A stretch of 64,000 nucleotides of DNA from an uncultured Chloroflexia bacterium (lineage in GTDB: Bacteria > Chloroflexota > Limnocylindria > QHBO01), in the NCBI GenBank assembly GCA_963825525.1, contig CAWGTN010000002.1:1856001-1920000 (forward strand). The letters are read 5' to 3'. The notes beneath the pieces were generated by a model that worked only from the letters and a program-made list of their open reading frames with translations, was not told the DNA's origin and searched no databases. The position numbers and the translations under genes are program-made. Shown here in pieces: positions 58,259 through 64,000 of this stretch. Positions within the stretch are counted from its first letter, which is position 1. Each line of letters begins with the position of its first letter.

Positions 58259-59518
58259 ATGGACCACCTGACCGAGATCCTCATCCAGCTGTTCGCGATC
58301 CTGGTTGCCGCGAAGATCGGCAACGAGATCTTTCGGCGCCTGGGTCAACCCACGGTCGTGGGCGAGATCCTCGGTGGCGTGATCGCCGGCCCGGCCGTGT
58401 TCGGCGTGTACGAGGTCAACGCCGAGACCGAGCTGTTCGCGGAGATCGGCGTCGTCCTCCTCTTGTTCCAGGTCGGCCTCGAGACCCGTCTCCACGAGCT
58501 GCTGCGGGTCGGTCGCACCGCCCTGATGGTCGGCATCCTGGGCGTGGTCTTCCCGTTCGCCGGCGGATTCCTTGCCGCGGAACTGGCGGGCGGCGACCTC
58601 GTGCTCGCCATCTTCCTCGCTGCGGCCCTCACGGCCACGAGCGTCGGCATCACATCGAACGTGCTGCGTGACCTGGGTGCCCTCACGAGCCGCGGGGGGC
58701 GCATCATCCTCGGGGCGGCCGTCATCGACGACGTGCTCGCGATCATGATCCTGTCGGTCGCCTCGGGCGTGGCCGCCGGCAGCTTCCAGGTGACCGACGT
58801 CCTCGGCCTGCTCGTCATCGCCATCCTGTTCATCGGTGTCGTCGTCATCGGCGGAACGCGCATCCTGCGCCGTCGACGCTCGATCCTCACCGACCCCGAG
58901 TTCGCGGAGACGCCGTTCCTGCCCGGGATGATCATCATGCTGGGGCTGGCGGCGCTGGCTTCCCTGATCGGGCTGGCGGCAATCATCGGAGCGTTCCTCG
59001 CGGGCATGGTCGTCGGCGAGTCGTCGGAGCGCCACGCGCTCGAGTCCGAGGTCGCCCCGGTGGCGGCGTTCTTCACGCCATTCTTCTTCGGGTTCATCGG
59101 GGCTCAGGTAGACATCGCCGGTCTCGCCAGCATCGACGTACTTCTCCTGCTTCTCGGGCTCACCGTGCTCGCCGTTGCCACGAAGTTCGTGGGGGCATTC
59201 ATCGGGGCGTTGGGCCAGGGTCGCGCGCGTGCCGCCCTGGTCGGCTGGGGGATGGTTCCGCGCGGAGAGGTCGGGATCGTCGTGGCCGGCCTCGGACTGT
59301 CGGCCGGCGCGATCGACGGCGAGATCTACTCGGTCGTCGTCGGCATGGCGATCATCACCACCCTGATCGTCCCGCCGTTCCTGCCGTGGCTCGTTCGACG
59401 TGCATCCACGCGGTCCGAGGACGATGCCGATGGGGGCTCAGGCCCGGCCCCGGGTGTCGAGGACGATGCCGACGGGGTTCCGAACGCCGGCACGGACGAG
59501 CGCGCCGGCCCGAGCTGA
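58259..59518 (+). CDS. CPA2 cation:proton antiporter (NapA-like)
   Basis: VVGEI..G, GLET, ATSVGIT, AVIDD, PRGEV. Confidence 0.92.
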   Translation: MDHLTEILIQLFAILVAAKIGNEIFRRLGQPTVVGEILGGVIAGPAVFGVYEVNAETELFAEIGVVLLLFQVGLETRLHELLRVGRTALMVGILGVVFPFAGGFLAAELAGGDLVLAIFLAAALTATSVGITSNVLRDLGALTSRGGRIILGAAVIDDVLAIMILSVASGVAAGSFQVTDVLGLLVIAILFIGVVVIGGTRILRRRRSILTDPEFAETPFLPGMIIMLGLAALASLIGLAAIIGAFLAGMVVGESSERHALESEVAPVAAFFTPFFFGFIGAQVDIAGLASIDVLLLLLGLTVLAVATKFVGAFIGALGQGRARAALVGWGMVPRGEVGIVVAGLGLSAGAIDGEIYSVVVGMAIITTLIVPPFLPWLVRRASTRSEDDADGGSGPAPGVEDDADGVPNAGTDERAGPS

Positions 59519-59644
59519 CGCTCAGCTCGCCCGCTGGCCCGCGGGCTCGGGGCCTGAGCCGAAAATCGGTGACGCCGGCGCCCACGTGCCGGTTCGGGTC
59601 GGACTCTGGCCGAAATATCGGCGTCGAAGGCGCGGCGTATGAGA

Positions 59645-59676
59645 ACACCCCGCCCCGACGGATCGGAGCGGGGTGT
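59645..59676. terminator. Hairpin between convergent genes, probable terminator
   Basis: ACACCCCGC-CCCGA-cgga-TCGGA-GCGGGGTGT; U-tract is weak. Confidence 0.6.
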
Positions 59677-59702
59677 GTCGGTGATGAAGGCCGAACTCGG
59701 GA

Positions 59703-60824
59703 CTACTCCCCGCGGGGCGTGACCTCGACGCTGCCCTTCGTGAATCCGTCGCCGGTGGCGTCCTCCTCGATGCCGTCGAGGGCTGCCTGGGCAAGATCGG
59801 TCCTGGCCGCGTCCTCGGACGGGGCTTCAGTGATGATCCCGGAATCCAGGCTGATCTGGACCGTCTGATCCCACTGGTCGGAATCCAGGATGCCGATGCC
59901 ATCGGGGGAGGGCCAGATCAACGGGTTGATCTCGTTCATCATCCAGGCCTGGTGCCCGGTTCCGAGCGTCGAGCCCGCCGCCACGGTGTACTCGATGCAC
60001 TTGTCGGGATTGTCGCGGCAGAACATCCAGCCGCGGAAGCTTGCGCGGAGGAATCGCTCGGCGACGTCCTCGTTGCCATCCTCGGCAAGCCACGAGGCCC
60101 GCGCGAAGATCGCGTCCTGGAGCATGGCCGTCCCGACATCGTTGTAGTCGATGACGTTGAGGTCATCCGGCTGGTACAGCTCGCCCGTGTCGGGGTTCTC
60201 CGCCTCGAGCACCTGGGCGTACTCGTTGTAGATCATCGCCTCGGCGACGTCGATCTGCTCGGTGAGCAGCAGCGTCATGTCGAACGGCTGGGTGACCTTC
60301 TCGTAATCGACGCCTTCCTCGAGGCCCTCGGCCGACGCGGCCGCGGTGACCTCGAACTCGTTGCCGAAGTCCCAGACGCCCACCTTCTTGCCCTCGAAGT
60401 CGGCCGGGGAGGTGATGCCCGAATCGGCCCATGCCACGGACAACGTGCCGGAGCGCTGGAAGATCTGGGCGATGTTCACGAGATCCGAACCACCGGCTCG
60501 TGCCTCAAGCACCTTCGGCACCCAGCTGATCGTGAATTCGGGGCCGTCGGGCGCCGATCCCACCTGCTGGGGCACAACGTCCGGTCCGCCATCGAGAATC
60601 TCGACGTCAAGGTTCTCGTCCTCGTAGTAGCCCTCCTCCACGGCGGCAAAGTAACCGGCGAACTGGGCCTGCGGCGCCCACTGGAGCTGGAGCTGGACCG
60701 TAGCGGGCTCACCGCCGTCGCCGCCATCGCTGGGGGCGGTTGATTCGCCGGTCTGCGTTCCGCAGGCCGCCAGGAGGAGCGTCGCGCTCACCGCGACGCT
60801 CAACCAGATTCGGGATCGCTTCAT
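59703..60824 (-). CDS. NMT1/THI5-like ABC substrate-binding lipoprotein
   Basis: Lipobox LAAC, LQWAPQAQFAGY, QIFQRSG, GKKVG.W. Confidence 0.88.
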   Translation of the reverse strand: MKRSRIWLSVAVSATLLLAACGTQTGESTAPSDGGDGGEPATVQLQLQWAPQAQFAGYFAAVEEGYYEDENLDVEILDGGPDVVPQQVGSAPDGPEFTISWVPKVLEARAGGSDLVNIAQIFQRSGTLSVAWADSGITSPADFEGKKVGVWDFGNEFEVTAAASAEGLEEGVDYEKVTQPFDMTLLLTEQIDVAEAMIYNEYAQVLEAENPDTGELYQPDDLNVIDYNDVGTAMLQDAIFARASWLAEDGNEDVAERFLRASFRGWMFCRDNPDKCIEYTVAAGSTLGTGHQAWMMNEINPLIWPSPDGIGILDSDQWDQTVQISLDSGIITEAPSEDAARTDLAQAALDGIEEDATGDGFTKGSVEVTPRGE

Positions 60825-60932
60825 GCGCTCGGGCTCCTCGTGTGTCGGTGCGTGGTGTGATCCGGTCGGATTGGCGGATTCTACGGACCCAACCCGTGGC
60901 GTGCCAGCCGTTTATCCACAACTTTCCGCGGT

Positions 60933-62002
60933 TCAGCCCGCAGCCGGCAGCCGGAACCAGATCTCGGTCCGACCATCGCCGGAACGCGCACCGACCTCGC
61001 CCCCGTGCGACTCGACGATCTGGCGCACGATGGCAAGGCCGATTCCCGCGCCTCCGGTGGCCCGCGTTCGTGACGGATCGACGCGGTGGAACCGCTCCCA
61101 GATCAGGGGAATCTCACCGGGCGGGATCTCTGCACCGGTGTTGGCGATGGCGCAGGCAACCCCGTTGGCCTCGGCCCGCAGGTGGACGCTGATGTCGCCG
61201 CCATCGGCGGTGTAGCGCGCCGCGTTCTGCACGAGGTTGCTCACGACTTGTCCGATGCCGTCCGGATCCGCCGTGAGTCGCGGGAGGTTGGGGCTCTCGT
61301 CGATGCGGACGCTGATGGACCGGTTCGCGAGGTCGGGCGCCGCCAACGACAGCGCACGACGAACCACGTCGCCGAGATCGACTTCGATCCGGGCGCGCTC
61401 CCGGGTGCGCTCGTCGTTGCGAGCCAGCTGGTCGAGCGCCTCCACCAGCCGCGTGAGGCGCTCGATCTCGGCGTGGACGGTGCGCAGCATCTCCTCGGAC
61501 GGCTCAACGACGCCGTCGGCCAGCGCCTCGGTGTAGCCGCGCAGCACGGTGAGCGGCGTGCGGAGCTCGTGGGCGACATCGGCGACCAGGGTGGTGCGCA
61601 GCTCCTCCACCCGCTCGAGCGTGGCGGCCATCTGGTTGAAGGCGTGGGCCAGGTCGCGCAGCTCGCGGTCCGACGGCTCCGGGACCCGCGCCGCCAGGTC
61701 GCCGGCCGTGACGCTGATGGGTGGCCTCGGTCAGTCGAGCCACCGGACGGAGCACCCGTCGCGCGAGCCACCAGCGCGGAGACGCCACCGAGGACGACTC
61801 CGGCGAGCGCGCCGATGGCCACGACCCGGGCGATGTTGTCGTCGACCATGGCTCGCGCCTCGGCCTCGGAGGTGGCGCCTTCCATCAGCAGATGCATGAT
61901 CTGCTCGGTGCTGAACCAGCGAACCGAGGCCAGGATCACGCCCGCCGCGATGAGCGAGGTCGCCAGCATGGCCAGCACCAGCCGCACCCGAAGCGTATTC
62001 AT
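60933..62002 (-). CDS. HAMP sensor histidine kinase, BaeS-like (indels near 61715-61780)
   Basis: Two TM helices, HAMP, AHELRTPL, NLVQNA..YT, FHRVD.SR...GGAGIGL. Confidence 0.88.
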
Positions 62003-62719
62003 GTCGATTGGGCCTGCCGGCTTGCGGTCGCGGGCGAGGAACCGGTACCCGACGGAGCGCACCGTGCCGATGAACCGCGGGCTGGTCGCCGCGTCCTGGA
62101 GCTTGTGGCGCAGGCGACCGAGGTGGACGTCGATGGTGCGGTCGATGATCCCGGGGTCGTCATTGCCGTGCATGGCGCTGATCAGCTCGTCGCGAGTGAA
62201 GACCCGCATCGGCCGTGACATCAAGGCGTAGAGCAGGCGGAACTCCGAGGCCGTGACCTCGATCTCGCGGCCGTCGAGCTCCAGCCGCATGGCACCCGGA
62301 TCGATGACCAGGCCGTTCGCCGCCAGGGTCGGCTGGCTGGCCGCCGGCTGCCGCTGACGGCGCAGCTGGGCCCGAATGCGCGCCATCAGCTCTCGGGGAC
62401 TGAATGGCTTGACGACGTAGTCGTCCGCACCCACGTCCAGTCCGACGACCTTGTCGGAGTCGCCGCTGCGCGCGGTGAGCAGCAGGATCGGCGTGCTCGC
62501 CTCCTCGCGCAGTCGCCGGCAGACCTCGAGCCCGTCCATCCCGGGGAGCATCACGTCGAGCAGGACGAGGTCGCACGCCTCCTCTCGTGCCAGGGTGAGC
62601 GCACCGGCTCCGTCCTCCGCCTCCAGAACGCGATAGCCGTCGCGCGTCAGGTACAGCCGCAGCAGGTCCCGAATGCCAGGGTCGTCATCGACCACCAGGA
62701 TCGTGGACCGCGGGCTCAT
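61999..62719 (-). CDS. OmpR family response regulator (3' end blurred by a probable indel)
   Basis: VVDDD, LDVMLP, LTA, GADDYVVKPF, RTIDVH..RLR.K, TVRSVGY. Confidence 0.9.
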
Positions 62720-63411
62720 CCGAGAACCTGGGGCAGGTTGACCCACAGGTCCCACGCTCCGATGCCGATGAGCAGCACACCCATCACGATCTGCAGCGGA
62801 CGCTCCCAGCGAACGACGGCGCTTGCCAGACCGCGCGCACGTGCCTGTCCCACCAACCCGAGCGCCAGCAGCGGGAGGCCGAACCCGACCCCGAAGGCCC
62901 CGAAGAAGGCCAGCTGGCGTGCCGCATCGCCGATCGTGAGCGACGCCACGAAGATCCCGATGAGGAACGGCCCCGAGCAGGGGAGCGCGATCGGCGCGAA
63001 CATCAGGCCGTACATGAACGAGCCGGCCAGCGGCCCGGCGCTGCCGAGTCCCCGAGGCGAGGCCTGCGGCAGGCGCGCGAACGGATTGATGCCCCTCAGC
63101 AGCAGGACCCCGAGTCCGATGAGCACGAGGTCGATGATCGGCAACGCCACGCGCAGCACGCTGCCGAGGCTCAGTGAGAGCAGCGCGAGCAGCCCGCCGA
63201 TGGCGATCATCCCGACCACCACCCCGAGCCAGACCAGGACCGCCGCCAACGCGGGAGGCGGCCGCCGCTGGGCGACGGCAGATCCATCGGCACCGACGGT
63301 CACCGTGGCGGGCGCCGTGAGGTAGGCGAGGAACCCCGGGTACAGCGGAAGGACGCAGGGCGTGATCGTCGCGCCGATCCCCGCGCTGACCGCGATCAGC
63401 AGCTCGCCCAT
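62716..63411 (-). CDS. ccdA: CcdA family protein (paralog of 34860-35558)
   Basis: TPCVLPLYP, LPCSGP. Confidence 0.88.
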   Translation of the reverse strand: MGELLIAVSAGIGATITPCVLPLYPGFLAYLTAPATVTVGADGSAVAQRRPPPALAAVLVWLGVVVGMIAIGGLLALLSLSLGSVLRVALPIIDLVLIGLGVLLLRGINPFARLPQASPRGLGSAGPLAGSFMYGLMFAPIALPCSGPFLIGIFVASLTIGDAARQLAFFGAFGVGFGLPLLALGLVGQARARGLASAVVRWERPLQIVMGVLLIGIGAWDLWVNLPQVLG

Positions 63412-63416
63412 CGGCC

Positions 63417-64000
63417 TCAGCCGGCGCCGAGCTCGGCGACGACGTCTCCGGCGCTCCGAACGCCGCGCCCGAACTCGAGCGGGCGCACCGTGCCGTCAGC
63501 CTCGATGACGATGAGCGGGGTCGATGGCGGATTGGTTGCGGCGACGCCGAAACGGTCCTGGAGCAGGCGGTACAGGTCCGCATCGGCCATGGCGAAGGCC
63601 CAGTCGAATCCCTCCCGGTCGGCGTACGAGGCAAGGTCGGCCGGTGCCTCGGACAGGTCGACATCGAGCGATACGGAGGTGAAGTCCGCCAGGTCGTGGG
63701 CGCCGATGATCTCGTGCTGCTGCGATCGGCAGCTGCTGCACCAGACGGCCATGGGCTCGAGCAGGACGGGTCCATCGGTCGCGGCCAGCTCGCCGATCGT
63801 GAACGTCTCGCCACTGCGGACGTCGGTCAGCTCGACGGCCAGCAGTGCGTCGGTCTGCGCGGCCTCGGATGGCGCGGCCGAGGCCGCGGTCCCGGTGGGA
63901 CCGGGCTCGGTCGGCATCGGGTCGGGGCTGCCGCTCGCCGCTCCCTCGCTGGAGGAGGGCGCCGCGCTGCTCACGTCAGACCCCGTCGTGGACGTGCCGG
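63417..64000 (-). CDS. TlpA/thioredoxin-like protein (start outside window; paralog of 34329-34847)
   Basis: ELTDVRSGETFT, AVWCSSC, NPPSTP, LEFGR. Confidence 0.85.
   Translation of the reverse strand, partial: GTSTTGSDVSSAAPSSSEGAASGSPDPMPTEPGPTGTAASAAPSEAAQTDALLAVELTDVRSGETFTIGELAATDGPVLLEPMAVWCSSCRSQQHEIIGAHDLADFTSVSLDVDLSEAPADLASYADREGFDWAFAMADADLYRLLQDRFGVAATNPPSTPLIVIEADGTVRPLEFGRGVRSAGDVVAELGAG

Noticed and set aside
59560-59627. Short direct repeat CCGAAA(T)ATCGG between the antiporter and the binding-protein gene
   Set aside because: Two imperfect copies only, no other occurrence seen, and it lies between convergent genes.
61241-63814. Apparent response regulator-kinase fusion and the 857-aa ORF
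   Set aside because: A cytoplasmic regulator running into TM helices in an indel-rich stretch; a one-base shift gives an ATGA overlap at 61999-62002. The upstream part is a shadow frame.

Overview
High-GC bacterial chromosomal window. Gene content suggests Chloroflexota or a similar Terrabacteria lineage (inference only). It carries leuCD; a small AT-richer insert of immunity-like genes beside a duplicated aroQ 3' end; a complete minus-strand shikimate/Phe operon (aroF-CM, aroA, aroC, aroE, aroKB, pheA, aroQ); a Trp T-box controlling trpEG plus an archaeal-type ACT protein; Mo-cofactor and copper genes; a thiol-redox cluster (DUF3179, UBP-type Zn finger, two flavoprotein disulfide reductases, TlpA-CcdA, NnrE, Crp/Fnr regulator); a REC-TrxB/cNMP-kinase pair; two ABC exporters; pntAB; two CPA2 antiporters; and a second TlpA-CcdA pair with a two-component system. 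Many genes have single-base frameshifts, most likely long-read indel errors, and these explain several apparent fusions. Main discoveries: (1) a ribosome-dependent attenuator whose 8-codon leader MNAMWFYG has tandem Trp-Phe-Tyr codons ahead of the common aromatic pathway; (2) a local Crp/Fnr regulon readable from sequence, with YGTRA-N6-YNACA boxes centred at -41.5 (one at -40.5) from six inferred transcription starts, five of them leaderless; (3) a ~180-bp dispersed element of four alternating TCGATANAT motifs at fixed 54-60 bp spacing, present twice; (4) pervasive leaderless genes. All family assignments come from motif recognition, not database searches.
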